From contig JBAXOY010000082.1 of assembly GCA_037133055.1 (NCBI GenBank), forward strand, positions 1 to 14,360: a DNA stretch of 14,360 bases. Direction: 5' to 3'. Below the pieces are notes generated by a model that had not been told where the DNA came from, did not search any database, and saw nothing but the letters and a program-made list of their open reading frames with translations. Source of the DNA: Chlamydiota bacterium (GTDB taxonomy: Bacteria > Auribacterota > Tritonobacteria > UBA1439). A program made the position numbers and the translations under genes. Shown piece by piece: positions 1 through 8,322 of this stretch. Every line of letters begins with the position of its first letter. Position 1 is the stretch's first letter.

Positions 1-514
1 CGTAGTAGCCGTAGGCGAGGGAGCCCGAGCAGCCGATGCGGTCGCGCGGCACCCCCAGCAGGGCGTCGAGGGAGGCGATGACCTCCCTGAGCCGCGGGTT
101 TGACTCCATGAGCAGGTCGAGCGACCCCTTGCTGTCGAAGAAGCCCCGCATCTCGCTGAAGAGGAATCGGCAGAAATGGTCCGCGAAGATCGGGATGGGG
201 GGGCGCGCGGCGAGCTCGGGGTAAACCTCCATCATACGCCTGACCTGCTCGTCGCCGGGGATGATGACGAGCTTCCCGTTCTCGTAGCGGCGGTGGGTCC
301 AATCGAACCTCCGGCCGAATATGTCGATGTGCCCCTTCGGATCGGGGTACTTGATCAGGGCCCCGTAGAAACCGTCCGGCGGATGGGCATATCCCTCGCA
401 GTAGACGAGGCCGCCCTTCCTGTGGAGGAAATACATGGAGTCGACGGGCCCGCCGACGAGTTTGTCCATCGGGAGGAGGTACTGCCGCATCACCTGGTCG
501 AATCGGTCGCTCAT
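1..514 (-). CDS. Probable nucleotidyltransferase, COG1665/AF1967-like (5' part; runs off window start)
   Basis: Not in the ORF track because it has no stop in the window. ATG at 514 with GGAG upstream; open frame reads MSDRFDQVMRQYLLPMDK...VYCEGYAHPPDGFYGALIKYPDP...LDALLGVPRDRIGCSGSLAYGYY. GYxHP plus 'GVPxxxIGxSGSL' resembles the start of the Pol-beta-type GS..DxD motif; the DxD would lie outside the window. Confidence 0.6.
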   Translation of the reverse strand, partial: MSDRFDQVMRQYLLPMDKLVGGPVDSMYFLHRKGGLVYCEGYAHPPDGFYGALIKYPDPKGHIDIFGRRFDWTHRRYENGKLVIIPGDEQVRRMMEVYPELAARPPIPIFADHFCRFLFSEMRGFFDSKGSLDLLMESNPRLREVIASLDALLGVPRDRIGCSGSLAYGYY

Positions 515-567
515 GGGTTTCTCCGTCGTCTGTGGCGGCGTCGAAAACTCCTCCAACCCCGCCGGGC

Positions 568-597
568 AGAGTAACACAGCCGCGGGGCAGGGTGCAA
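568..597 (-). promoter_or_regulatory. Putative sigma70 promoter for the nucleotidyltransferase gene
   Basis: Minus strand TTGCAC (597-592), 18-nt spacer, TACTCT (573-568) preceded by TGn. Confidence 0.45.
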
Positions 598-611
598 CGT
601 GATTGTGCCGT

Positions 612-644
612 GAATAGGTCCTATAGGGCCTATAGAGGACCTAT
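612..644. repeat. Short tandem near-palindromic repeat (ATAGGNCCTAT units)
   Basis: gaataggtcctatagggcctatagaggacctat: ataggtcctat 614-624, atagggcctat 623-633, agaggacctat 634-644; 612-626 matches 7181-7195 at 14/15. Confidence 0.65.
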
Positions 645-665
645 GGCGCGGCCTTCAGGCTGCGC

Positions 666-1355
666 TCACTCGTTTCTTCCATTCTGATAATCCCTGGTGG
701 TGTGGGCGATGTTGAGGCCCACCAGGCGGGCGATCAGGATGGCGACGAAGAGCTGTCCCGTGATCGCCTCGAGGTAGGAGGCGGTCTGCGCGAGGGCGGT
801 CTGCGGGGTGAGGTCGCCGTAGCCGAGGGTCGAGAGGGTGGTGAAACTGAAGTAGATCATCTCGGAGGCGGACCCGCCCCACTGGGGCATCACCCGACCG
901 AAGGCCGAGGGGTCGAAATCCTCGATGGTGATGTAGAACATCGCGTAGAGGAGCCCGATGAGAAGATAGCAGCTTATCGCCGCGTAGATCTTGTCGCTGG
1001 TCATCCGGTAGCCGCTGAAGATGCTCTTCACGAGGACGACGATGACGAGGGTGAGGAATGCGAGGTAGGTGCCCATGCAGGCGTGGAAGAGGGGGCGGTG
1101 CGCGGCGGCGGGGAACTTCACCACGAGCATGAGGGCCGGAAGGCCGACGCCCGCCGCCATCGCCAGCGCGAAGCCGAACCAGAAGATGTGCCTCCGCGGG
1201 GCGAGGACCTTGAGGGCGTGCAGCATCACGACGAGGAAGAGGAGGGAGAGCGCGAGGCGTCCGGTCTGCGCGTCTTTCAGGAACGGGAAGAGGATGAGGA
1301 TCGCAAGGATGGCGATCATCAGGGAGAGGTAAAGGCGGCGGTGGTACTCGACCAT
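666..1355 (-). CDS. Potassium channel family protein (Ion_trans_2 pore), no RCK domain
   Basis: 229 aa, several hydrophobic helices, pore signature YFSFTTLSTLGYGDLTP followed by EAITGQLFVAILIARLVG; AAGGAG RBS upstream; TGA stop. Confidence 0.9.
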   Translation of the reverse strand: MVEYHRRLYLSLMIAILAILILFPFLKDAQTGRLALSLLFLVVMLHALKVLAPRRHIFWFGFALAMAAGVGLPALMLVVKFPAAAHRPLFHACMGTYLAFLTLVIVVLVKSIFSGYRMTSDKIYAAISCYLLIGLLYAMFYITIEDFDPSAFGRVMPQWGGSASEMIYFSFTTLSTLGYGDLTPQTALAQTASYLEAITGQLFVAILIARLVGLNIAHTTRDYQNGRNE

Positions 1356-1380
1356 CGGGTGCGGCTCCTTGCGCGCCGGG

Positions 1381-2391
1381 TTAACGTTCGGCGCTGAGGG
1401 TGAATTCGGTGTGGGCGATCGCCTGGCCGTCGATGGAGTAGGAGGCGCGATACCGGCCGTACCCCGCCTTGTCGACGATCGGCGGTATCTCCTCCCTGAA
1501 CGCGCGGGTGTCCTGCGTGTTGTCCCACGTGAAGCGGTGCTCCGCGACGAGGGAGTCCGCGGCGGTATCCTTCATGCCGAGGACGATTTCCTTCCCCGTG
1601 AACTTGTCATCGAGTTCCACGACGACGTAGAAGGCGCCGTCGCGCGGGGTGAACGACGACCGGATGTCCACCGGGTGATCGATAAACTAGCCGCAGGTCA
1701 CGAGGCTGCTGCGCTGGACCCGCACGCGCTCCTGGTGCGGGATGAGGCCGAGGAGGAGCTTCCTCGCGGCGGCGTCCGCCGCCTTGTCGAGGACCTCCGC
1801 CTCGCTGAGGCGCGGGGGATCGCCGCGGTCGGACGCGGTGCCCGTCCGCGAGTCGGTCCAGATCGCCTGCCCGCTCGCGGCGTCGAGAAGCGCGAGGGAG
1901 AATTCGGCCGCCGCGTCGATCTGGTACCAGTCGAGGGGCTCGTCGTCGAAGGCCGGCCCGTTCTGGAGGGTCGTCTCATCCGGGAACGGGTCGTTGGCGA
2001 GGCGGACCTCGTGGGTCTGGTCGGACTTGTACTGGAGAACGGCGCCCGTGAGGACCGCGTCCGCGCCCGCTGATTTAGCGAGGCGCGAGGCCGCCGCGGC
2101 GTCGAGCCTGCCCCCGGTGAAAAGGGCGTCCACGGCGGGCGAGGGGCCGAGGTCCCGCCGGGTGAGTATCTTCCAGGCGCTCCGATCCGCGAGCAGCGCG
2201 GCGAGTTTCTCCGCGGCGACCTCCCCGGCGTCGGGGTCGCCCGAACGGTTCTCGAACGGCAGGACGGCCACGGTCGAAATCTCCCGGTAGTCGAATCGCG
2301 GGTTGATCGTGACCCAGACCTTCGGCGCGGCGCACCCGGCGAGGGCGCCGAGCGCGAGCGCGGCGGCAACGGGAAGGAGTCGGCGGTTCAT
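1381..2391 (-). CDS. Lipoprotein (CsgG/GNA1162-like alpha/beta domain plus beta-rich C-terminal domain) interrupted by in-frame TAG at 1687-1689; pseudogene or readthrough
   Basis: ATG 2391, lipobox LAG-C, 'TVAVLPFEN' and 'GADAVLTGAVLQY' motifs. Track ORFs 1687..2406 and 1381..1671 are in the same frame: ...SSLVTCG*FIDHPVDIRSSF...; no RBS before GTG 1671. Confidence 0.75.
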
Positions 2392-2397
2392 GGCGCG

Positions 2398-2403
2398 ATT
2401 ATA
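2398..2403 (-). promoter_or_regulatory. -10 box for a probable leaderless transcript
   Basis: Minus strand GGTG-TATAAT-CGCGCC-ATG: consensus -10 six nt before ATG 2391, no Shine-Dalgarno; no clear -35. Confidence 0.55.
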
Positions 2404-2469
2404 CACCGGGGCGCGCGGGGCGCGCCACAGTTTGCTTGACCGCGGATCGCGCGGGAAGGGAATTTTCCC

Positions 2470-2498
2470 TTGCCGGGGCTGTAAAGTTCTGCTAATAT
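2470..2498 (+). promoter_or_regulatory. Putative sigma70 promoter
   Basis: TTGCCG (2470-2475), 17 nt, TAATAT (2493-2498) with extended TGn. Confidence 0.6.
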
Positions 2499-2577
2499 GA
2501 GCCCGTTGTTCACACGGTTATCCGCAATAGCGGTTCAGATAAAGAACAGGCAGTAACGGGTTGAAAGGAGAAAGAGC

Positions 2578-3666
2578 ATGAAAAAGATGTTGATGTTCGC
2601 CGCGTTTGCGGCGGTAGTGGGGTTGTGCATCTCGGCCACGGCGACGCCGATCCCCAAATGGATCCAGCCGGTGGATACGACGACGAGCATGTTCTCATGG
2701 ATGTCCGAGACATGGCAAACCCCGACTCCCGTGGACGCGCGTGTAGCCGACGACTGGAAGTGTGTGGATGGGTCGCCGATCACGACGATCAAGTGGTGGG
2801 GCCAGTACCATCCGTATCTTGATAGTCAAACCGGCCCGGTGGTGGCTCCAACCGTCAATCCGCCGACCTCTTTCATCCTGAGGCAGTACGAGAACGATGC
2901 TACTACGGATCCCGCGAACCCTCAGCCCAAAGGCACACCGATCGCTGAGGTCGAGATTCCCATCGCGAACGTCACTCAGACGTATGTGACGTCTGTGGCG
3001 TGGCAGCCCGGTCCTCCCGTGGTGTATGTTCACATCTTCAGCTACGAGACCACTCTGTCAACGCCGTGGGCGCAGACGAAGGACAACATCTACTGGCTCA
3101 GCGTGCAGGCGAAGTTTGCTTACGAGCCCGTTTGGGCGGAAGGTTTCCTGCACTGGGAGTGGATGAGCACGCCACCCGGCGATTTCCTCGGCAGGGGGCT
3201 TTCCTCCGGCGATGGCGGATCGACTTGGACGCCTGTCGAGATCGTGCCCGGCGAGAAGGTCAACTTCGCCTTCGGGATCGCTTCGGCGTCCCCCGTGGAC
3301 CTGATACCGAACAAGACGACGTTCAAAACGACCGGTCAGATCGGGGTCAATGCCAACGTGGCCGTCATCTCCACCCCGTGCTACCCGTTCGTGAGGATCA
3401 CCCAGCCGAACGGCCAGACTATCTACTTCGTGGATGGGGGCAAGATCTACCCCACCGTGACGCCTTTTCTTGGCGTAAGGGCGGGGCCGGTCACGGTGCA
3501 GACGCCGATGACCAACCTCCCGCTCCTGGCACTGCCGTTCAAGGATCTGCCCACGGGGACGTATATCCTCCAGGGCGGGGCGGTCGACGCGACGAAGACG
3601 ACCAGCGTGGACGACCTGAAGTACGTCGGCTCGGTCGACACGGAGATGCTCCTCATCGAGCAGTAA
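2578..3666 (+). CDS. Secreted protein: uncharacterised N-terminal domain (DUF7901-like) plus shared C-terminal domain
   Basis: AAGGAG RBS, Sec signal peptide MKKMLMFAAFAAVVGLCISATA, motifs VADDWKC, ITTIKWWG, NIYWLSVQA, WEW; last ~120 aa almost identical to those of 3880-5259. DUF name is from recall. Confidence 0.8.
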   Translation: MKKMLMFAAFAAVVGLCISATATPIPKWIQPVDTTTSMFSWMSETWQTPTPVDARVADDWKCVDGSPITTIKWWGQYHPYLDSQTGPVVAPTVNPPTSFILRQYENDATTDPANPQPKGTPIAEVEIPIANVTQTYVTSVAWQPGPPVVYVHIFSYETTLSTPWAQTKDNIYWLSVQAKFAYEPVWAEGFLHWEWMSTPPGDFLGRGLSSGDGGSTWTPVEIVPGEKVNFAFGIASASPVDLIPNKTTFKTTGQIGVNANVAVISTPCYPFVRITQPNGQTIYFVDGGKIYPTVTPFLGVRAGPVTVQTPMTNLPLLALPFKDLPTGTYILQGGAVDATKTTSVDDLKYVGSVDTEMLLIEQ

Positions 3667-3698
3667 TCCGCGCGGCGAGGTGTGAGGTTCGCTGAAGA
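3307..3698 (+). repeat. Direct repeat copy 1 (392 bp)
   Basis: Matches 4900-5291 (offset 1593) with one mismatch seen (A3355 vs G4948); similarity continues more loosely through the terminators. Confidence 0.95.
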
Positions 3699-3727
3699 GG
3701 CCGGGGGGGAAACCTCCCGGCCTCTTT
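3695..3727 (+). terminator. Intrinsic terminator
   Basis: AAGAGGCCGGGGGG-GAAA-CCTCCCGGCCTCTT-T stem-loop with GNRA loop, ~28 nt after TAA. Confidence 0.8.
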
Positions 3728-3770
3728 GTGTCATCGATGTCAGGCTCTTCTTTTTTCCTGATTATCCACA

Positions 3771-3802
3771 GCCGTAGGGCACACTTACGTGTGCCCCGCG
3801 GC
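3771..3802 (+). repeat. GTAG-type REP-like palindrome
   Basis: gccGTAGGGCACAC-TTAC-GTGTGCCCcgcggc. Confidence 0.65.
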
Positions 3803-3879
3803 TAAAGTGGCGCTCTTCCTTGCATTGCGTCTGAATATAGGCTATATACTGCAGACAAGTCGTCAACCTGGAGGGCCCG

Positions 3880-5259
3880 ATGAAGAAGTTGCTCCTTTTT
3901 CTGCTGCTCGCGGCTGTCGTTCCCCTGAACCTTGCCCTGTCGGCCGATGGGGAATACACGATCATGCGGCCGGACAACGAGACCCGCGTTCAGTGGATGA
4001 AGGAGGACCTGAGCCTCCCGAAGCAGTACATCGACCCGGCGATCAAACCGAAGAGAGGCTCGTTCAGCCTCCTGCAGTATCTCCCCTATGTGCCCGCTGA
4101 GCGCAATCAGGGCAACTGCGGCGACTGCTGGGCGTGGGCGGGTACGGGGTGCGCGGAGGTCGCGCACAGCGTCGCGGGTGTCTCCGATCGCCTTTCCATC
4201 CAGTACATAAACTCCTGCGGTTCCAACGGCACCGGCTTTTGGTGTTGCTGCGGCGGGACCCTCTTCCGATTCTCCGACTGGTACGCCGGCCAGAAAAAGT
4301 TCGTCCCCTGGGCCAACACGAACGCGGGCTACGCCGACGCTTCGTTGCCAAGCTATACATGCCCGGTTGCCCCGTCCTCCGCCGTCTCCTGCGGGTCGAT
4401 CTCCACATCGCCGCACTACCCGATCAATTCCATCGGCGCCCAGACAATTGCGACATACGGGGCGACTCAGGCCACCGCGATCGCGAACATCAAGAACGCC
4501 CTCCAACAGAACAAGGCGGTGTATTTTGCGTTCTGGCTGCCGAATGAGACGAGCTGGGCCGCGTTCCGCGCTTTCTGGAACAACAACGACGAGAGCAGCG
4601 TGTTTGACGTTGCCGCGTATAGCGGGCTTCCGTGGGTTGACGGTGAGGGCGGCGGTCACGCGGTCCTGATTGTGGGGTACGACGACACTGCCACCCCCCC
4701 GTACTGGGTGGTGGTGAACAGTTGGGGGTTGGGGACGAGCGGCTTGAGGACGAACGGAATTTTTCACCAGAAGATGGACACGAACTACGACGCCTCCATG
4801 ATCACCACGCCCCCCCCCGTCGACCCCGCCGAAAACGCGATGATGCTCTTCCAGACCCTCGACGTCAGCATGGGCCCCGTGCCGCCGATCGACCTGACGC
4901 CGAACAAGACGACGTTCAAAACGACCGGTCAGATCGGGGTCAATGCCGACGTGGCCGTCATCTCCACCCCGTGCTACCCGTTCGTGAGGATCACCCAGCC
5001 GAACGGCCAGACTATCTACTTCGTGGATGGGGGCAAGATCTACCCCACCGTGACGCCTTTTCTTGGCGTAAGGGCGGGGCCGGTCACGGTGCAGACGCCG
5101 ATGACCAACCTCCCGCTCCTGGCACTGCCGTTCAAGGATCTGCCCACGGGGACGTATATCCTCCAGGGCGGGGCGGTCGACGCGACGAAGACGACCAGCG
5201 TGGACGACCTGAAGTACGTCGGCTCGGTCGACACGGAGATGCTCCTCATCGAGCAGTAA
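3880..5259 (+). CDS. Secreted papain-like cysteine peptidase (family C1) plus shared C-terminal domain
   Basis: GGAGG RBS, signal peptide, catalytic motifs RNQGNCGDCWAWA (Gln/Cys), GGHAVLIVGYDD (His), YWVVVNSWG (Asn). Confidence 0.92.
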   Translation: MKKLLLFLLLAAVVPLNLALSADGEYTIMRPDNETRVQWMKEDLSLPKQYIDPAIKPKRGSFSLLQYLPYVPAERNQGNCGDCWAWAGTGCAEVAHSVAGVSDRLSIQYINSCGSNGTGFWCCCGGTLFRFSDWYAGQKKFVPWANTNAGYADASLPSYTCPVAPSSAVSCGSISTSPHYPINSIGAQTIATYGATQATAIANIKNALQQNKAVYFAFWLPNETSWAAFRAFWNNNDESSVFDVAAYSGLPWVDGEGGGHAVLIVGYDDTATPPYWVVVNSWGLGTSGLRTNGIFHQKMDTNYDASMITTPPPVDPAENAMMLFQTLDVSMGPVPPIDLTPNKTTFKTTGQIGVNADVAVISTPCYPFVRITQPNGQTIYFVDGGKIYPTVTPFLGVRAGPVTVQTPMTNLPLLALPFKDLPTGTYILQGGAVDATKTTSVDDLKYVGSVDTEMLLIEQ

Positions 5260-5291
5260 TCCGCGCGGCGAGGTGTGAGGTTCGCTGAAGA
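4900..5291 (+). repeat. Direct repeat copy 2 (392 bp)
   Basis: See copy 1 at 3307-3698. Confidence 0.95.
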
Positions 5292-5319
5292 AGCCGGGGG
5301 CGATCCCCCCGGCCTCTTT
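5288..5319 (+). terminator. Intrinsic terminator (variant of 3695-3727)
   Basis: AAGAAGCCGGGGG-CGATC-CCCCCGGCCTCTTT. Confidence 0.75.
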
Positions 5320-5380
5320 ATTGCCTGCGCCCATTTCTAGTCCCGTTCTAGTCCGCGCGCACCATGTCCAGCGCGCACCA

Positions 5381-5409
5381 TTGCCTTCACCCCTCTTCTA
5401 TACTATACT
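5381..5409 (+). promoter_or_regulatory. Putative sigma70 promoter for ETF-QO
   Basis: TTGCCT (5381-5386), 17 nt, TATACT (5404-5409). Confidence 0.65.
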
Positions 5410-5446
5410 GATTGACCGCAGCGCGCGGGACGCCACGGAGGTCCGA

Positions 5447-7129
5447 ATGCCCAGAGAGAGAGAGCTCCTCGATGTCGATGTCCTGTTCGTCGGCGCGGGC
5501 CCCGCGTCGCTCGCGGGCGCCATCCGGCTGATGCAGCTCCAGGAGGAGCACAACAGGAAGGCCGCCGAAGCCGGCGCGGGCGAAAAGAAAGAGCTCCTCG
5601 TCGCCGTGATCGAGAAGTCCTCCGGACTCGGCAACCACAACCTCTCCGGCGCCATCCTCGACCCGCGCGCGATGGACGCGCTCATGCCGGGCTGGCGCGG
5701 GCAGGGCGCCCCCGTCGAGGCCACGGTCGCCTCGCACGAGGTCCGCTGGCTCACCCGTCGCGGGAGCCTCAAGGCCCCGATCACCCCGCCCCCCCTCGCC
5801 AACAAGGGCTACTCCATCATCTCCCTGTCGCGCTTCACGAAATGGATGGGGGAGAAGGCCGAGGCGCTCGGCGCGAACATGTTCGACCATTTTCCGGCGA
5901 GGGAGCTCATCTGGGACGGGGATCGCGTGGCCGGGGTGCGGTGCCAGGACCGCGGCCTCGACAAGGCCGGCAGGGAGAAGGAGGGCTACGAGCCGGGGGC
6001 GGAGATCCGCGCCCGCGTGACGGTCCTCGCCGAGGGGACGCGCGGCTCGCTCACGAAGAAGCTCGTGGAGAAGAAGAACCTGCTCGAGGGGAGGAACCCG
6101 CAGGGCTACGCGCTGGGAATGAAAGAGGTGTGGAAGGTGAAGCCCGCGAACTTCCGCCCGGGGCACGTGAGCCACACGATGGGCTTCCCGCTCGGGATGA
6201 AGACGTTCGGCGGCGGGTTCATCTACCACATGGAGGACAACCACGTCGCCCTGGGGCTCGTGGTCTCGCTCGACTACCGGGACCCGCGGCTCGACCCGTA
6301 CGAGGCGATGCAGCGCTTCAAGACCCACCCCTTTCTCGCGCGCCTCATCGAGGGCGGTGAGCGGGTCGCCTACGGGGCCAAGACGATTCCGGAGGGCGGC
6401 TGGTACGCCCTGCCGCGCTGCGCGACGGACGGATGCCTCGTCATCGGCGACGCGGCGGGGTTCGTGAATGCCCAGCGCATCAAGGGGATCCACCTCGCGA
6501 TGGAGTCGGGCATCGCCGCGGCGGAGACGGTCTGGGAGGCGCTCGCGAAGAACGATCTCTCCGCGTCATCCCTCGGGGGCTTCGACAGGCGGATGATGCG
6601 CGGGCGCGCGGGGAAGGAGATGCGGCTCGTCCGGAATTTCCACCAGGCGTTCCACGGCGGCATTTTTTCGGGGATGATCGCGGCGGGCATCCAGTACCTG
6701 ACGCGGGGTCGGGGGCTCGTGGACCCGATGGGGGCGGAGGAGGACGCCGGGACGATGGAGACGCTCGCGGCCTGGCACGGGACCGGGAAGGGGAATGCCC
6801 CGATGAAGTGCGACGGGAAACGCACCTTCACCCGGGAGGACAACGTCTTCTTCTCCGGCACCGAGCACGAGGAGGACCAACCGTGCCACCTCGAGGTGCC
6901 CGACACCGCGCTCTGTTACGGGCGCTGCGCGGAGGAGTACGGCAACCCGTGCCAGTTGTTCTGCCCGGCGAAGGTGTACGAGTTCGTGGAGGAGGGGAAG
7001 AAGCGGAAGCTCCGGATCAACTTCGCGAACTGCCTCCACTGCAAGACGTGCGACATCAAGGACCCGTACGGGAACATCACCTGGCGTTGCCCCGAGGCGG
7101 GGGGCGGGCCGCATTATAAAATGATGTAA
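5447..7129 (+). CDS. Electron transfer flavoprotein-ubiquinone oxidoreductase (ETF-QO)
   Basis: True start ATG 5447 after GGAGG (track start 5321 lies upstream of the promoter). FAD motif DVLFVGAGPASL, LSGAILDP, IGDAAGFVN..RIKGIHLAM, 4Fe-4S motif FCPAKVYE..NCLHCKTCDIKDP..GGGPHY. Confidence 0.96.
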   Translation: MPRERELLDVDVLFVGAGPASLAGAIRLMQLQEEHNRKAAEAGAGEKKELLVAVIEKSSGLGNHNLSGAILDPRAMDALMPGWRGQGAPVEATVASHEVRWLTRRGSLKAPITPPPLANKGYSIISLSRFTKWMGEKAEALGANMFDHFPARELIWDGDRVAGVRCQDRGLDKAGREKEGYEPGAEIRARVTVLAEGTRGSLTKKLVEKKNLLEGRNPQGYALGMKEVWKVKPANFRPGHVSHTMGFPLGMKTFGGGFIYHMEDNHVALGLVVSLDYRDPRLDPYEAMQRFKTHPFLARLIEGGERVAYGAKTIPEGGWYALPRCATDGCLVIGDAAGFVNAQRIKGIHLAMESGIAAAETVWEALAKNDLSASSLGGFDRRMMRGRAGKEMRLVRNFHQAFHGGIFSGMIAAGIQYLTRGRGLVDPMGAEEDAGTMETLAAWHGTGKGNAPMKCDGKRTFTREDNVFFSGTEHEEDQPCHLEVPDTALCYGRCAEEYGNPCQLFCPAKVYEFVEEGKKRKLRINFANCLHCKTCDIKDPYGNITWRCPEAGGGPHYKMM

Positions 7130-7143
7130 GGGCGCGCGGGCGT

Positions 7144-7195
7144 GTCTGACCTGTTCGACGACCCGTCTGACGCGTCGGAAGAATAGGACCTATAG
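7144..7195. repeat. Short intergenic repeats
   Basis: GTCTGAC 7144, GTTCGAC 7153, GTCTGAC 7165, GTCGGAA 7174, then GAATAGGACCTATAG 7181-7195. Confidence 0.5.
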
Positions 7196-7206
7196 CGCAG
7201 GTTTCC

Positions 7207-8301
7207 ATGGCGAAAAAAGACCTCTACGAAATACTCGGCGTCAGGAAAGAGTCGGGGGCCGACGAGATAAAGCGGGCCTACCGCAAGCTCGCCAAGAAAT
7301 ACCATCCCGACGCCAATCCCGGGAACAAGGTCGCCGAGGAGAAGTTCAAGGAGATCTCCCAGGCCTACGACGTGCTCTCCGACCCGGCGAAGAAAAAGCA
7401 GTACGACCAGATGAAGGACGCGGCCTTCTCCTTCGACTTCGGCGGGGGCGGGCCGCGGGGCGGGGGAGGGGGACGGGGATTTTCCGCCCAGGACTTCGGA
7501 GGGTTCGGCGACCTCGGCGACCTCTTCAGTTCGTACTTCGACCGGGGGACGCACGCCCGCCGCGAGCGCTACGGGCCGCGCCGGGGCGAGGACCTCACCT
7601 TCGAAATCGAGATCCCCTTCGAGGAGGCGATCAAGGGCGGCCGGCGAACCATCAGCATCCCGCGCGAGGAGCCGTGCGAAAAATGCGGCGGGACGGGCGC
7701 GCGCGCCGGCTCATCCGTGTCCCAGTGCCCGGAGTGCGGCGGGGCGGGCACCGTCTCCATCTCCCAGGGCGGGTTCGCGTTCAGCCGCCCCTGCCCGCGG
7801 TGCTACGGGAGGGGGCAGATCATCCAGCAGCCCTGCCCCGTCTGCGGGGGGCAGGGGATGGCAAGTCATCACCGGCGCATCACCGTGAAGGTCCCGTCCG
7901 GCGTGGACAACGGCTCGAAGATCCGCATCGCCGGCCAGGGGGAACCGGGTCCCGCCGGCGGTCCGCCGGGCGACCTGATACTGGTCGTGCGCCTCGGGAG
8001 CCACCATTTCTTCGAGCGGAAGGGTCAGAGCATTTACTGCGAGATCCCGATCAACTTCGCCCAGGCGGCGCTCGGCTCGACGCTGCGCGTCAGGACGATG
8101 GACGGGGCGGCGGTGGTGAAAGTTCCGCCCGGCGTGCAGACGGGCACCGCGCTCCGTCTCAGGGGTCGCGGCGTGGAGGCGCCGGAGGGCCAGAAGGGGG
8201 ACATGTTCGTCCGGCTCAAGGTGGCGACGCCCCGCAACCTCACCCCGAAACAGCGCAAGGCGCTCGAGGAGTTCGCCCGCGAGTCGGGGCTCAAGTACTG
8301 A
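7207..8301 (+). CDS. dnaJ: Molecular chaperone DnaJ (class A)
   Basis: J-domain with HPD, G/F-rich linker, four CxxCxGxG motifs ([32 protein letters not shown]), C-terminal domain. Confidence 0.96.
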   Translation: MAKKDLYEILGVRKESGADEIKRAYRKLAKKYHPDANPGNKVAEEKFKEISQAYDVLSDPAKKKQYDQMKDAAFSFDFGGGGPRGGGGGRGFSAQDFGGFGDLGDLFSSYFDRGTHARRERYGPRRGEDLTFEIEIPFEEAIKGGRRTISIPREEPCEKCGGTGARAGSSVSQCPECGGAGTVSISQGGFAFSRPCPRCYGRGQIIQQPCPVCGGQGMASHHRRITVKVPSGVDNGSKIRIAGQGEPGPAGGPPGDLILVVRLGSHHFFERKGQSIYCEIPINFAQAALGSTLRVRTMDGAAVVKVPPGVQTGTALRLRGRGVEAPEGQKGDMFVRLKVATPRNLTPKQRKALEEFARESGLKY

Positions 8302-8322
8302 CGGTATGGGCTTCAACGTCGG

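Noticed and set aside
3762..3770. Replication origin
   Set aside because: One perfect DnaA box only, no AT-rich unwinding element, no dnaA/dnaN nearby.
3307..5291. Diversity-generating retroelement TR/VR pair
   Set aside because: The single internal mismatch is at an adenine and hairpins follow, but both copies are coding, divergence is far too low and no reverse transcriptase is in the window.
3307..5291. Composite transposon or IS copies flanking the peptidase
   Set aside because: The repeat encodes an in-frame protein domain; no transposase, terminal inverted repeats or target duplication seen.
5321..5446. N-terminal extension of ETF-QO in the ORF track
   Set aside because: Overlaps the promoter; ATG 5447 has the RBS and sits just before the FAD motif.
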